Origin: Bacteroidales bacterium
GTDB lineage: Bacteria > Bacteroidota > Bacteroidia > Bacteroidales > GCA-2748055
DNA length: 64,000 nucleotides
Assembly (NCBI GenBank): GCA_016936975.1
Contig: JAFGWU010000005.1
Location: forward strand, 18,327 to 82,326
Reading direction: 5' to 3'
The notes under the pieces were generated by a model. It searched no databases, had not been told where the DNA came from, and was given only the letters and a program-made list of their open reading frames with translations. This document shows, piece after piece, positions 27,118-36,591 of the stretch. Within the stretch, counting starts at the first letter, position 1. Each line of letters begins with the position of its first letter. The position numbers and the translations under genes are program-made.

Positions 27118-27873
27118 ATGAAACAATTCAGCAACACATATATTTTCATCTTCTCCATGGTTATGGTGCTTATCGTAGCCGTTTTGCTCTCTTTCGTGGC
27201 GATGCAGCTCGGACCCCGACAGGAGATGAATGTTCAGAATGAACGAAAGCAGGACATCCTGCGTTCGGTTGGGAAGGCTGAGAAACTGAAGGAAGCCGAA
27301 GACAGGATAGCCTATATCGATGAGGAGTTCAGAACCTACATCAGCGATTCCTATGTGGTCAATTATGAAGGAGAAAGAGTGGATGCAGATGCATTTGCAA
27401 TTACCCTGCGGATCAGGGATGAGGTATCAGAAGCTCCGGAGGATCGTCTTTACCCGGTTTTTACCTATACAGACGAACAGGATGAGGTAATGTATATTGT
27501 GCCGGTTTACGGGAAAGGGTTGTGGGGGCCCATCTGGGGTTATGTTTCCTTTCATGCTGACATGAATACCATCAACGGCGCCGTGTTCGATCATAAGGGG
27601 GAAACACCCGGACTGGGAGCTGAGATAAACACCGATTGGTTTCAGGAAGCATTCAGGGGAAAAACGATTTTTGATGAAAAGGGAGCGTTTAAATCGATCA
27701 GGGTGGTGAAGGGTGGTGCCGATCCGGATGATCCGCATGGTGTGGATGCCATTTCCGGCGGAACCATTACTTCAAAGGGGCTTGAGGCCATGCTGAAGAA
27801 TTGCCTGTCGGGCTACATCAATCATTTTAAGATGCAGGGAAATCTGACATACGGAATGAATCATTCAATCTAA
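27118..27873 (+). CDS. nqrC: Na+-NQR subunit C
   Basis: Single N-terminal TM and an FMN attachment-type motif VDAISGGTITSKG. Confidence 0.9.
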   Translation: MKQFSNTYIFIFSMVMVLIVAVLLSFVAMQLGPRQEMNVQNERKQDILRSVGKAEKLKEAEDRIAYIDEEFRTYISDSYVVNYEGERVDADAFAITLRIRDEVSEAPEDRLYPVFTYTDEQDEVMYIVPVYGKGLWGPIWGYVSFHADMNTINGAVFDHKGETPGLGAEINTDWFQEAFRGKTIFDEKGAFKSIRVVKGGADPDDPHGVDAISGGTITSKGLEAMLKNCLSGYINHFKMQGNLTYGMNHSI

Positions 27874-27884
27874 ACTGAAGTTCT

Positions 27885-28532
27885 ATGAACAGTGATAATG
27901 AACCTTTATTCTCCGCGAAGAATCTGAAATTATTGAAAGAACCTCTCGGATCGAGTAACCCCATTACGGTCCAGGTACTGGGGATCTGTTCGGCGCTGGC
28001 CGTAACGGTTAAATTGAAGCCTTCCATCGTGATGGCGATCTCGGTAATGGCGGTTCTGGCAGTGTCGAATGTGGTCATCTCCCTGCTGAGAAAGCGTATT
28101 CCGCCAAGGATACGCATCATCGTTCAACTGGTGGTGATCGCGACAATGGTGATCCTGGTTGATGAAATCCTGAAGGCATTTGCCTATGAGATAAGCAAAC
28201 AATTATCGGTATTTGTGGGATTGATTATCACCAACTGCATCATTATGGGCCGGCTCGAAGCTTTTGCCATGGGGAACAAACCCTGGCCCTCCCTGCTCGA
28301 CGGGCTGGGAAATGCAGCCGGGTATGGATTGATACTGATCATCGTTGCATTTTTCAGGGAGCTGCTGGGTTCAGGGACCATCCTGGATTACCAGGTGATC
28401 CCAAACAGTTTTTACGAATTCGGATATGTTAATAACGGTTTGATGATCCTGCCTCCGATGGCCCTGATCGTTGTAGGAATCATCATCTGGATACAACGGT
28501 CGAGGAACAAGGATTTAGTTGAAAACCGGTAA
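27885..28532 (+). CDS. nqrD: Na+-NQR subunit D
   Basis: 215 aa membrane protein with NPITVQVLGICSALAVT. Confidence 0.9.
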   Translation: MNSDNEPLFSAKNLKLLKEPLGSSNPITVQVLGICSALAVTVKLKPSIVMAISVMAVLAVSNVVISLLRKRIPPRIRIIVQLVVIATMVILVDEILKAFAYEISKQLSVFVGLIITNCIIMGRLEAFAMGNKPWPSLLDGLGNAAGYGLILIIVAFFRELLGSGTILDYQVIPNSFYEFGYVNNGLMILPPMALIVVGIIIWIQRSRNKDLVENR

Positions 28533-28547
28533 ACCTGTAATATAACC

Positions 28548-29165
28548 ATGGAAAATCTGGTCAATATATTTGTCAAGTCGATTTTTATTGAAAATATGAT
28601 CTTTGCCTACTTCCTGGGCATGTGTTCATATCTGGCTGTTTCGAAAACGGTAAAGACCTCAATGGGACTGGGTATCGCTGTCATCTTTGTGCTGGGATTC
28701 ACGGTTCCCTTAAACTTTCTGATTGAGAACTATGTGCTGAAGGAGGGGGCGCTGGAATGGATCAGTCCGTCGCTGGCCGATGTCGATCTCAGCTTCCTGA
28801 GTTTCATCATGTTTATAGCAGTGATTGCATCGATGGTACAGCTGGTGGAGATGGTGATCGAGAAGTTCACGCCTGCACTTTACAATTCACTGGGTATTTT
28901 TCTTCCCCTGATTGCCGTGAACTGTGCGATCCTCGGAGGTTCGCTCTTCATGCAGGAGCGGGAATATGCCAACATTGCCGAGGCGGCTGTCTTCGGACTG
29001 GGTTCAGGGGTGGGCTGGCTGCTTGCCATTGTGGGCATTGCTGCCATTCGTGAAAAGATCCGGTATTCAAATATTCCCGCTCCCCTGAGGGGACTGGGAA
29101 TTACGTTTATCATAACGGGATTGATGGGAATTGCCTTTATGAGTTTTATGGGAATCAGTCTGTAA
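28548..29165 (+). CDS. nqrE: Na+-NQR subunit E
   Basis: 205 aa membrane protein with [18 protein letters not shown] and [11 protein letters not shown]. Confidence 0.9.
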   Translation: MENLVNIFVKSIFIENMIFAYFLGMCSYLAVSKTVKTSMGLGIAVIFVLGFTVPLNFLIENYVLKEGALEWISPSLADVDLSFLSFIMFIAVIASMVQLVEMVIEKFTPALYNSLGIFLPLIAVNCAILGGSLFMQEREYANIAEAAVFGLGSGVGWLLAIVGIAAIREKIRYSNIPAPLRGLGITFIITGLMGIAFMSFMGISL

Positions 29166-29182
29166 TTTGAAAATGGTTTAAA

Positions 29183-30436
29183 ATGATATTTCTCACTTCA
29201 TCGCTTGCTGTTATAGGAATCAGTGCGGCAGTGTTCCTGCTGATAATTCTCGCGCTGGTCCTGATGCTGTTATATGCCCGGAAGAAGCTTACCCCCCAGG
29301 GCGATGTCAAATTAAAGATTAACGACAGGGAGGAGACCGTATCCCCGGGATCCACGGTATTATCGACCCTGTCCAACATGAACATATACCTTCCTTCTGC
29401 CTGCGGGGGAGGGGGAACCTGCGGGATGTGCAAATGCCAGATAATGGAAGGAGGCGGGTCCATTCTGCCAACGGAGACAGGATTCTTCACCCGCAAGGAA
29501 CAGCAGAACAACTGGAGGCTGGGCTGTCAGGTCAAGGTCCGGGAGGATATGGTCATCAAAATTCCGGAAGAGATCATGGGCATCAGGAAGTGGGAATGTG
29601 AGGTCGTATCTAACCGGAATGTGGCCACCTTTATCAAGGAGTTTGTGGTGCGCCTGCCGGAGGGAGAACGCCTGAACTTTCAGTCCGGGGGCTATGTTCA
29701 GATTGATGTTCCCAGGGTGGAGGTTGACTTCTCAAAGGATATCGAGGTGGAGGAACAATTCCGTGATGAATGGGACCGCTTCAGAATGTGGGACCTGAAG
29801 ATGAAGAATTCGGAGGAGACCTTCCGGGCCTATTCCATGGCCAATCACCCGGCTGAAGGAAATATCATCATGCTCAACATCCGTATCGCCACTCCTCCAT
29901 GGGATGTCAGTCACGGGCGGTTCAGGAATGTGAACCCCGGGGTTTGTTCTTCCTATATTTTTTCGCGCAAACCGGGCGATAAGGTAAGTATCTCAGGACC
30001 TTACGGGGAGTTCTTTATCAAGGACACCAAACGGGAGATGATTTACATCGGGGGAGGTGCCGGGATGGCCCCGCTGCGGTCACACCTGTTCCACCTGTTC
30101 CACACCCTGAAGACCGATCGGAAAGTCTCGTACTGGTATGGTGCACGTTCAAAACGTGAGATCTTTTACGAAAAAGACTTCAGGGATATCGAGAAAAAGT
30201 TTCCTAATTTCACTTTCAACATAGCCCTCTCCGAACCCAAAGAAGAGGATAACTGGGATGGATATACGGGATTCATTCACCAGGTTCTCTATGATAATTA
30301 TTTGCGCCATCATGAAGAGCCGGAGGAGGTGGAATATTACATGTGCGGACCGCCCATGATGAATGATGCTGTTCAGAAGCTTCTCTATAACCTTGGGGTT
30401 CCGGAGGAAATGATAGACTTTGATGATTTCGGATAA
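29183..30436 (+). CDS. nqrF: Na+-NQR subunit F (2Fe-2S/FAD/NADH)
   Basis: N-terminal TM, CGGGGTCGMCKC ferredoxin cluster, RAYSMAN FAD motif and GGGAGMAP NADH motif. Confidence 0.9.
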   Translation: MIFLTSSLAVIGISAAVFLLIILALVLMLLYARKKLTPQGDVKLKINDREETVSPGSTVLSTLSNMNIYLPSACGGGGTCGMCKCQIMEGGGSILPTETGFFTRKEQQNNWRLGCQVKVREDMVIKIPEEIMGIRKWECEVVSNRNVATFIKEFVVRLPEGERLNFQSGGYVQIDVPRVEVDFSKDIEVEEQFRDEWDRFRMWDLKMKNSEETFRAYSMANHPAEGNIIMLNIRIATPPWDVSHGRFRNVNPGVCSSYIFSRKPGDKVSISGPYGEFFIKDTKREMIYIGGGAGMAPLRSHLFHLFHTLKTDRKVSYWYGARSKREIFYEKDFRDIEKKFPNFTFNIALSEPKEEDNWDGYTGFIHQVLYDNYLRHHEEPEEVEYYMCGPPMMNDAVQKLLYNLGVPEEMIDFDDFG

Positions 30437-31451
30437 GAACACCGGTTTACGGATTTTCATTTTACTCACCACCCTGCTGGCAGCCTCCTGTACATCTGAT
30501 TTTTCAGGGGGGAAATACTATACTGTTGCCGGCTTTACCCAGGGAACCACCTATCATGTGACCTACCATTCGGGCGATTCATTGGATCTCTCCTTTCAGA
30601 TTGATTCACTGCTCGCTGTTTTCGACAGCTCACTCTCAGCCTATCTCCCCGGAAGTATCATTTCATCAATCAACGATAACAGGGATGAACCGGTCACCGA
30701 TACGTTATTCCGTACCGTATTCAGGGAGGCCAAACGGATCCATGAGCTGACGGGCGGCGCTTTTGATATTACCGTGGGACCGCTCATCGATGCATGGGGA
30801 TTCGGCCCCGGAGAAAAAATGAATGTTGACAGCAGTGTGATTGACAGCCTGCTTCAGTTTGTCGGGATGGATAAGGTTAAGTTGGTGAATAACCGGATCG
30901 AGAAATCCCATCCGGGAATGAGACTGGATGTGAATGCCATTGCACAGGGTTATGCGGTTGATTTCCTTTCAGCTTACCTTGAGGGGAGGGGTATCCGGGA
31001 TTATATGGTTGAAGTGGGAGGCGAGGTAAGGACCAGGGGTCTCAACCCGCGGGGCAGGTTATGGGGTATAGGAATCGACCGGCCCGAATTTGGTAACTAT
31101 CTTCCCGGGAACCACCTGGAGGTCATCATTCGTATGTCGGGCAGATCCCTTGCCACATCGGGTAATTACAGAAAATTTTTTGAGAAGGATGGGATCAAGT
31201 ACCACCATTCAGTTGATCCCGCGACGGGTTACCCCAAGCAGGACCGGCTTCTGAGCGCCACCATCCTGGCCGGATCGTGCATGACCGCCGATGCATTGGC
31301 CACGGCCTGCATGGTGATGGGCCTCGACAGGGCCAGGTCATTTATTACAGAGCTGGATGGAGTGGATGCTTTCTTTATTTTCAATGATGAGGCGGGCATC
31401 TACCGTGTGTGGCATACGCCAGGACTGCGAAAGTACCTGGAGAATCCCTAG
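30420..31451 (+). CDS. apbE: FAD:protein FMN transferase (lipoprotein)
   Basis: Lipobox LLAASC. GGAFDITVGPL, DVNAIAQGYAVD and HHSVDPATGYP. Overlaps the nqrF 3' end by 17 nt. Confidence 0.85.
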   Translation: MMISDKNTGLRIFILLTTLLAASCTSDFSGGKYYTVAGFTQGTTYHVTYHSGDSLDLSFQIDSLLAVFDSSLSAYLPGSIISSINDNRDEPVTDTLFRTVFREAKRIHELTGGAFDITVGPLIDAWGFGPGEKMNVDSSVIDSLLQFVGMDKVKLVNNRIEKSHPGMRLDVNAIAQGYAVDFLSAYLEGRGIRDYMVEVGGEVRTRGLNPRGRLWGIGIDRPEFGNYLPGNHLEVIIRMSGRSLATSGNYRKFFEKDGIKYHHSVDPATGYPKQDRLLSATILAGSCMTADALATACMVMGLDRARSFITELDGVDAFFIFNDEAGIYRVWHTPGLRKYLENP

Positions 31452-31645
31452 GCTGGCCTCTTTGTGCCGGGATCACAGGCTCCCCCGCAGCAGCAGGAAA
31501 ACTCATTGCCTTCTGCTTTATCTGCTGATGTTGAGCAACAGGTTCCGGAAAGCCGGGCATCCCGTTTGAACAGCAATCTGATCCCAAGGCCGGCCATGGA
31601 CAGGATCAATAAAGCTGCAGATATTAAAATTACGGTTAACAGCAT
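31448..31645 (-). CDS. Small single-TM Cys-rich membrane protein (hypothetical)
   Basis: 65 aa. TM segment LLTVILISAALLILSMAGLGIRLLF followed by GTCCS...FSCCCGGAC (6 Cys). The N-terminus is paralogous to the adjacent small ORF. The stop overlaps the apbE stop within CCTAGG. Confidence 0.5.
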   Translation of the reverse strand: MLLTVILISAALLILSMAGLGIRLLFKRDARLSGTCCSTSADKAEGNEFSCCCGGACDPGTKRPA

Positions 31646-31662
31646 AACGATCGTTTAACAAA

Positions 31663-31902
31663 TTAACCGGTAACTTGTTTGCAATCCGCACACTCTTTTT
31701 TATCCGTTTTCCTGAGGCTTTTCCGGTAGCATTTCAATTCATCGTGACTGGCGCAGGAGATTCCGAGCTTTTTCATCGCCGGGTTGTGTCCTACCCTGTA
31801 GGCCGGAAACTTACCCTTCTTCCTGAACAGGATATTGAAGGAGAGACCAACCATAGAAAGGCTGAGCAATATAATGGCGATGAACACTATATTCAATAAC
31901 AT
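31663..31902 (-). CDS. Small single-TM four-Cys membrane protein (hypothetical)
   Basis: 79 aa from ATG 31902. MLLNIVFIAIILLSLSMVGLSFNILFRKKG followed by ISCASHDELKC...ECADC. Lies 17 nt upstream of the other miniprotein on the same strand. Confidence 0.55.
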   Translation of the reverse strand: MLLNIVFIAIILLSLSMVGLSFNILFRKKGKFPAYRVGHNPAMKKLGISCASHDELKCYRKSLRKTDKKECADCKQVTG

Positions 31903-31952
31903 CTGAACAATACTGTTTCTTAGTTGTCTTTTAGCTACCGGTCCCGGATGTG

Positions 31953-31960
31953 CAAAGATA
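31953..31960 (-). promoter_or_regulatory. Candidate -7 box TATCTTTG (minus strand) for the miniprotein pair
   Basis: The reverse complement of caaagata is TATCTTTG (TAnnTTTG), about 51 nt upstream of ATG 31902. Confidence 0.3.
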
Positions 31961-32005
31961 GCAATCCTCACCCGAATTTTACAGGAATTTCATAAATTCG
32001 CATAT

Positions 32006-34414
32006 ATGGGAGAGCAATCAGAAGGTTTTGACAAACATATTGTTCTTGCTGACTTTCAACTGGCCCACCTGAGCAGGCAGATGGCCCTGCTTGCCCGCAA
32101 AGAGGTTTTATCCGGCAAGGCCAAGTTCGGAATATTCGGGGACGGTAAGGAGGTTGCCCAGATCGCCCTGGCCAAGCAGTTCAGAAATGGAGACTGGCGG
32201 TCGGGTTATTACAGGGACCATACCTTTATGATGGCTGCCGGACTGGTTACCGCAACCCAATTCTTTGCCCAGGTTTACGGCCTTACCGATGATGAGATCA
32301 ATCCCGGGAATGCAGGCAGGAATTTCAATAATCATTTTGCCACCAGGATTATCAACAGGGACGGCTCCTGGAGAAATCTTACCGAAATGAAAAATTCGGC
32401 TGCCGATCTGTCTCCGACGGCCGGACAGATGCCTCGCCTGGTGGGGCTCGGATATGCATCCAGTCTGTTCCGCAATAACCCGGATCTAAAGCATATGACC
32501 CGCTTCTCCAGAAATGGAGATGAGGTGGCTTTCGGCATGATTGGAGATGCCAGCACTGCGGAGGGACATTTCTTTGAAACGGTCAATGCGTCAGCGGTAC
32601 TCCAGATCCCCGTAGCCATTGCGGTCTGGGATGACGGATACGGTATTTCGGTTACCCGCGATCACCAGATCGTCAAGCAGAGCATTTCAGAGGCGCTCCA
32701 GGGATTTCAGAAGGAGGAGGGGACCAACGGCATTCACATTTTTAAAGGCAAAGGATGGGATTATCCGGGCCTGGTAAAAATGTTTGAGGAGGGCATTGCC
32801 CTGTGCAGGAAGGAACATGCGCCCGTGCTGTTTCACGTGGATGAGATGGTTCAGCCAACCGGGCACTCCACCTCCGGGAGTCATGAACGCTATAAGTCAA
32901 AGGAGCGTCTCGGGTGGGAAGCCGAATATGATCCGCTGTTGAAAATGGAGGAGTGGCTCCTCGGTTCGGGAATAGCTTCCCGGGAGGAGCTGGAGGAGAT
33001 AAAATCCGGGGCAGTGGTGGAAGCCAGGGAGGCAAGGGATGAAGCCTGGAAGGCATATACCGGACCGATTCTCACGGAGCGCGATGAACTCCTGCATATA
33101 ATCGATAACCGATCCTGTGTCTGCCAGAATGAGGGGATTGATAAACTGGGAATCCTGAGCCGGGACCTGAAGCGGATCATGCATCCGATCCGGAAGGATG
33201 TGCAGAGTACTGCAAAACGAATCATGAGACACATGTGCGAAACCTGTCCGGTTAAAAAAGAGCTGCAAGCCGGCATCTCTGCATGGCTGGGAAAGTACAG
33301 GGAAGATAACTATGAGCGCTACAGCTCCATGCTGTATTCCGAAACCGATCGTTCGGCGCTGAAAGTAGAACCGGTGGAACCGGTTTACGGTGACGACGGT
33401 CCTATGGTAACGGGAAGGGAGATTATCAGGGACAATTTCGATGCCCTGCTGAACCGTGATCCCCGCATTGTGATTTTCGGGGAGGATACGGGCAAGATAG
33501 GAGATGTCAATAAGAGTCTTGAAGGACTCCAGGAGAAATACGGTGTTCAGAGGGTGACGGATACGGGGATACGGGAGACGACCATAATCGGTCAGGGGAT
33601 GGGGATGGCCCTGAGGGGATTGAGGCCGGTGGCTGAAATACAGTATTTTGATTACCTTTTGTATGCGCTTCAAACGATCAGTGACGACCTGGCTACCCTG
33701 CACTGGAGAACAAAGGGGGCACAGATTGCGCCTCTCATCATCCGAACCAGGGGACACCGGCTGGAGGGTGTCTGGCATTCGGGTTCCCCCCTGAGCATGG
33801 TAATCAATTCCATCCGTGGTGTCTATGTCTGCGTGCCCAGGAATATGACCCAGGCGGCGGGCATGTATAATACACTGCTCGAAGCCGATGATCCCGCACT
33901 GGTGATTGAGCCGCTCAAGGGTTATGGATTGAAGGAACCGAGACCCGAAAATATGGGTCAGTTCAGGGTGCCGCTCGGACAGCCGGAAATTCTGAATGAA
34001 GGAAAGGATGTGACGCTGGTGACCTATGGGTCCTGTGTAAGGATTGCCCTGACGGCTATTGAACAGCTCAGTGCATTTGATATCGGGGTGGAGCTGATTG
34101 ATGTCCAGACCCTGTTGCCTTTTGACAGAAACCATATGATCGCAGATTCCATAAAGAAGACAAACAAAGTGGTATTTTTTGATGAGGATGTGCCGGGCGG
34201 TGCCACCGCCTTTATGATGCAGAAAGTGCTCCAGGAGCAAAGGGCCTTCTATTATCTCGAATCGGAACCGGTCACCCTGACAGCCCGGGAGCACCGGCCC
34301 GCTTATAGCTCAGACGGGGATTACTTCTCCAATCCGAATGCCGAGGATGTGTTCGAGGTTATTTACGGGTTGATGCATGAAACGAATCCGGAGAAATACC
34401 CGAAAATCTATTAA
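32006..34414 (+). CDS. Fused alpha/beta E1 component of a 2-oxoacid dehydrogenase (TPP-dependent)
   Basis: 802 aa. The N-half resembles E1-alpha (GDGKEVAQIALA..., IGDASTAEGHFFE). The C-half resembles E1-beta (FGEDTGKIGDVNK...RVTDTGIRETTIIGQGMGMALRGLRPVAEIQYFDY). Confidence 0.75.
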   Translation: MGEQSEGFDKHIVLADFQLAHLSRQMALLARKEVLSGKAKFGIFGDGKEVAQIALAKQFRNGDWRSGYYRDHTFMMAAGLVTATQFFAQVYGLTDDEINPGNAGRNFNNHFATRIINRDGSWRNLTEMKNSAADLSPTAGQMPRLVGLGYASSLFRNNPDLKHMTRFSRNGDEVAFGMIGDASTAEGHFFETVNASAVLQIPVAIAVWDDGYGISVTRDHQIVKQSISEALQGFQKEEGTNGIHIFKGKGWDYPGLVKMFEEGIALCRKEHAPVLFHVDEMVQPTGHSTSGSHERYKSKERLGWEAEYDPLLKMEEWLLGSGIASREELEEIKSGAVVEAREARDEAWKAYTGPILTERDELLHIIDNRSCVCQNEGIDKLGILSRDLKRIMHPIRKDVQSTAKRIMRHMCETCPVKKELQAGISAWLGKYREDNYERYSSMLYSETDRSALKVEPVEPVYGDDGPMVTGREIIRDNFDALLNRDPRIVIFGEDTGKIGDVNKSLEGLQEKYGVQRVTDTGIRETTIIGQGMGMALRGLRPVAEIQYFDYLLYALQTISDDLATLHWRTKGAQIAPLIIRTRGHRLEGVWHSGSPLSMVINSIRGVYVCVPRNMTQAAGMYNTLLEADDPALVIEPLKGYGLKEPRPENMGQFRVPLGQPEILNEGKDVTLVTYGSCVRIALTAIEQLSAFDIGVELIDVQTLLPFDRNHMIADSIKKTNKVVFFDEDVPGGATAFMMQKVLQEQRAFYYLESEPVTLTAREHRPAYSSDGDYFSNPNAEDVFEVIYGLMHETNPEKYPKIY

Positions 34415-35913
34415 GTTTCCAGCTTTTCTCCTTCCGAAATTTTCCCCGAAGGCTTTTCATCTTTGCCAAACCTGTGAATTTTGTAATTGATGGAGGCAAA
34501 AAGAATGCTGAAAAGCGGGCTGAGCAGGTTGAAAAAGGCATATGGGAGGTATTCTATCGTCGGTACGCCGAGAACCCGTGATTGTGTGGCTCCGCAGGTG
34601 TTCCACGGGACCAGGACCGAGGTGAGGGTCCCTCCATCCTCCAGGGTTCTGCTGAGGACCTCGGGTTTAAGTCCCCGCTTTTTGTATTCATCTGCGAACA
34701 TTCTGCCCGGGACCACGATCGCGATGTACTGGTCCGAGGCGGTAATATTGAAAAAGATACTGGTGGCGATGGTGGTTCCCACCAGTGAGCCGGTTGAGCG
34801 AGCCCATTTTATGATTGAACCTGTTATTTTTACCAGCAGGCCGGCTGATTCCATGCTTCCTCCGAAAATCATGGCGGCCAGTATCAGCCATATCGTATTT
34901 AACATTCCCCGCATGCCGGTTGAGGTCAGCAGTTCATTCACCAGCTCATTGCCGGTAGAGATGGTCTGTTCCCCAAAAATTGCCTGCATGATTGAAAGGT
35001 ATGAGGCTTTAAAAAATGAGGTGACATTTTCATCCGCAGCCTGGGCCATTTCCCTGACCAGGTGCGGCTGAAATATCAGGGCAAAGAGGGCTCCCATTAA
35101 CGAACCTGCCAGCAGGGAGGGCAGAGGCGGGATTTTACGGATGATGATGACGAGCAGGAATAACGGAACCAGCATCAGCCAGGGCGTCACATTGAATTTA
35201 CTGTCGATGGCGCTCAAAATCTGGTCGATATCTTCCGGGGCGGAATTAAAATCCTTTGTAAAACCCAGTATCAGAAATATTATCAGGGTTAAAGACAGTG
35301 CCGGAACGGTGGTAATGGTCATGTACCGTATATGCGTGAACAGATCGGTCCCTGCCATCGCAGGGGCCAGGTTGGTCGTGTCGGACAGGGGCGACATCTT
35401 ATCTCCGAAATAGGCACCTGAAATAATCGCCCCGGCTGCAAGGCCTTCATTAATACCCAGGGCTTTCCCGACCCCGATCAGGGCGATCCCGATGGTGGCA
35501 ACTGTGGCCCATGAGCTGCCGGTGGCAAGGGAAACCATACCTGCAATTATCACGCTCGCGAAAAGGAAAATGCCCGGATTGAAGATCTTTAAACCGTAAT
35601 AAATAAGAGAAGGGATGACCCCGCTTAACATCCAGGTTCCGGCAAGCGCCCCAATCATCAGCAGGATTAAAATCGATGGCATGGCCGTGCTGATACTGTT
35701 TACAATGCTCTCCCTTATCTGCTCCCACGAACGCCCCAGCACGATGGCGATGATGCCGGCTACGGCTGATCCCAGGATCAGGGCAATCTGGTTGGCCCCG
35801 TCCAATGTACGATCACCGAAGTAAATTACGTTAAATACCAGGAGGGTTATCAGAACCGCAATGGGAAAAAGTGCCTGAAAGAGATTGGGATTCCTGTGCT
35901 TTTTCTGAGCCAT
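34411..35913 (-). CDS. nhaC: Na+/H+ antiporter, NhaC family
   Basis: 500 aa polytopic membrane protein with NhaC-like sequence throughout (GSAVAGIIAI..., SGAYFGDKMSPLSDTTNLA). Confidence 0.8.
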   Translation of the reverse strand: MAQKKHRNPNLFQALFPIAVLITLLVFNVIYFGDRTLDGANQIALILGSAVAGIIAIVLGRSWEQIRESIVNSISTAMPSILILLMIGALAGTWMLSGVIPSLIYYGLKIFNPGIFLFASVIIAGMVSLATGSSWATVATIGIALIGVGKALGINEGLAAGAIISGAYFGDKMSPLSDTTNLAPAMAGTDLFTHIRYMTITTVPALSLTLIIFLILGFTKDFNSAPEDIDQILSAIDSKFNVTPWLMLVPLFLLVIIIRKIPPLPSLLAGSLMGALFALIFQPHLVREMAQAADENVTSFFKASYLSIMQAIFGEQTISTGNELVNELLTSTGMRGMLNTIWLILAAMIFGGSMESAGLLVKITGSIIKWARSTGSLVGTTIATSIFFNITASDQYIAIVVPGRMFADEYKKRGLKPEVLSRTLEDGGTLTSVLVPWNTCGATQSRVLGVPTIEYLPYAFFNLLSPLFSILFASINYKIHRFGKDEKPSGKISEGEKLET

Positions 35914-36003
35914 AGACGGTAGAATGAAGTGTTAAGATAGCTAAATTTTCTTTCAAAAAATTAAAAAAAGGTTTATCTTGCAATTAAGGAATTCGATTGA
36001 AAT

Positions 36004-36591
36004 ATGGATCTGAATATTGATTTCTTCCATATAGTTAATGATCAGGTTGCTGAAAAAGGCCGTATCCTGATTTCCGGACCTTTCCTGGGAGACAACTACT
36101 TCCGGCGTTCTGTGGTTTATCTGACCGAACATACAAAAGATGGTTCCTTAGGATTTGTATTGAATAAACCCATGGATATGAAGGCGTCGGATGTGATTCG
36201 CGATTTTCCGGAAGGGGATTTCAGTGTCTCCATCGGAGGACCGGTTAACACCAACACGGTTCACTACCTTCATACCCTTGGTGATATGATTCCCGAGAGT
36301 ATTTTCGTAAAGGATGGAATATTCTGGGGAGGGGATTTTGAAATTCTGAAGGAAATGATTGAAAAAGATCAGATACAGAGAAACCAGCTCCGGTTTTTTC
36401 TCGGTTATTCCGGATGGTCGGCCAATCAGCTCGACGATGAATTAAAAGAAAATTCCTGGCTTGTAGGAGATATTCCCGCACGACTCGTGATGGAAAGCAA
36501 AGGAGAGGAATTCTGGGGCAAAACCCTTTCAAGGTACCGGAACAAATACAAAGCCTGGGCAAATTTCCCCGAAGATCCGGGGCTTAATTAA
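36004..36591 (+). CDS. YqgE/AlgH family protein (UPF0301)
   Basis: GRILISGPFLGDNYFRRSVVYLTEH...GSLGFVLNKP and FLGYSGWSANQLDDEL. Confidence 0.8.
   Translation: MDLNIDFFHIVNDQVAEKGRILISGPFLGDNYFRRSVVYLTEHTKDGSLGFVLNKPMDMKASDVIRDFPEGDFSVSIGGPVNTNTVHYLHTLGDMIPESIFVKDGIFWGGDFEILKEMIEKDQIQRNQLRFFLGYSGWSANQLDDELKENSWLVGDIPARLVMESKGEEFWGKTLSRYRNKYKAWANFPEDPGLN

Noticed and set aside
31357-31658. Plus-strand ORFs 31357..31569 and 31464..31658, and minus ORF 31381..31587, overlapping the 65-aa Cys-rich miniprotein.
   Set aside because: They lack TM or signal features and have no paralog. The minus-strand 31448..31645 frame is preferred because its N-terminal helix is paralogous to the adjacent miniprotein and it follows it by 17 nt.
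32897-34294. A 465-aa ORF antisense to the fused E1 dehydrogenase gene.
   Set aside because: It lies entirely inside, and opposite to, a gene with clear E1-alpha/beta motifs. Its translation is low-complexity (R/P/G/H-rich) with no recognisable motifs. This is typical of a shadow ORF on the antisense frame of a codon-biased gene.
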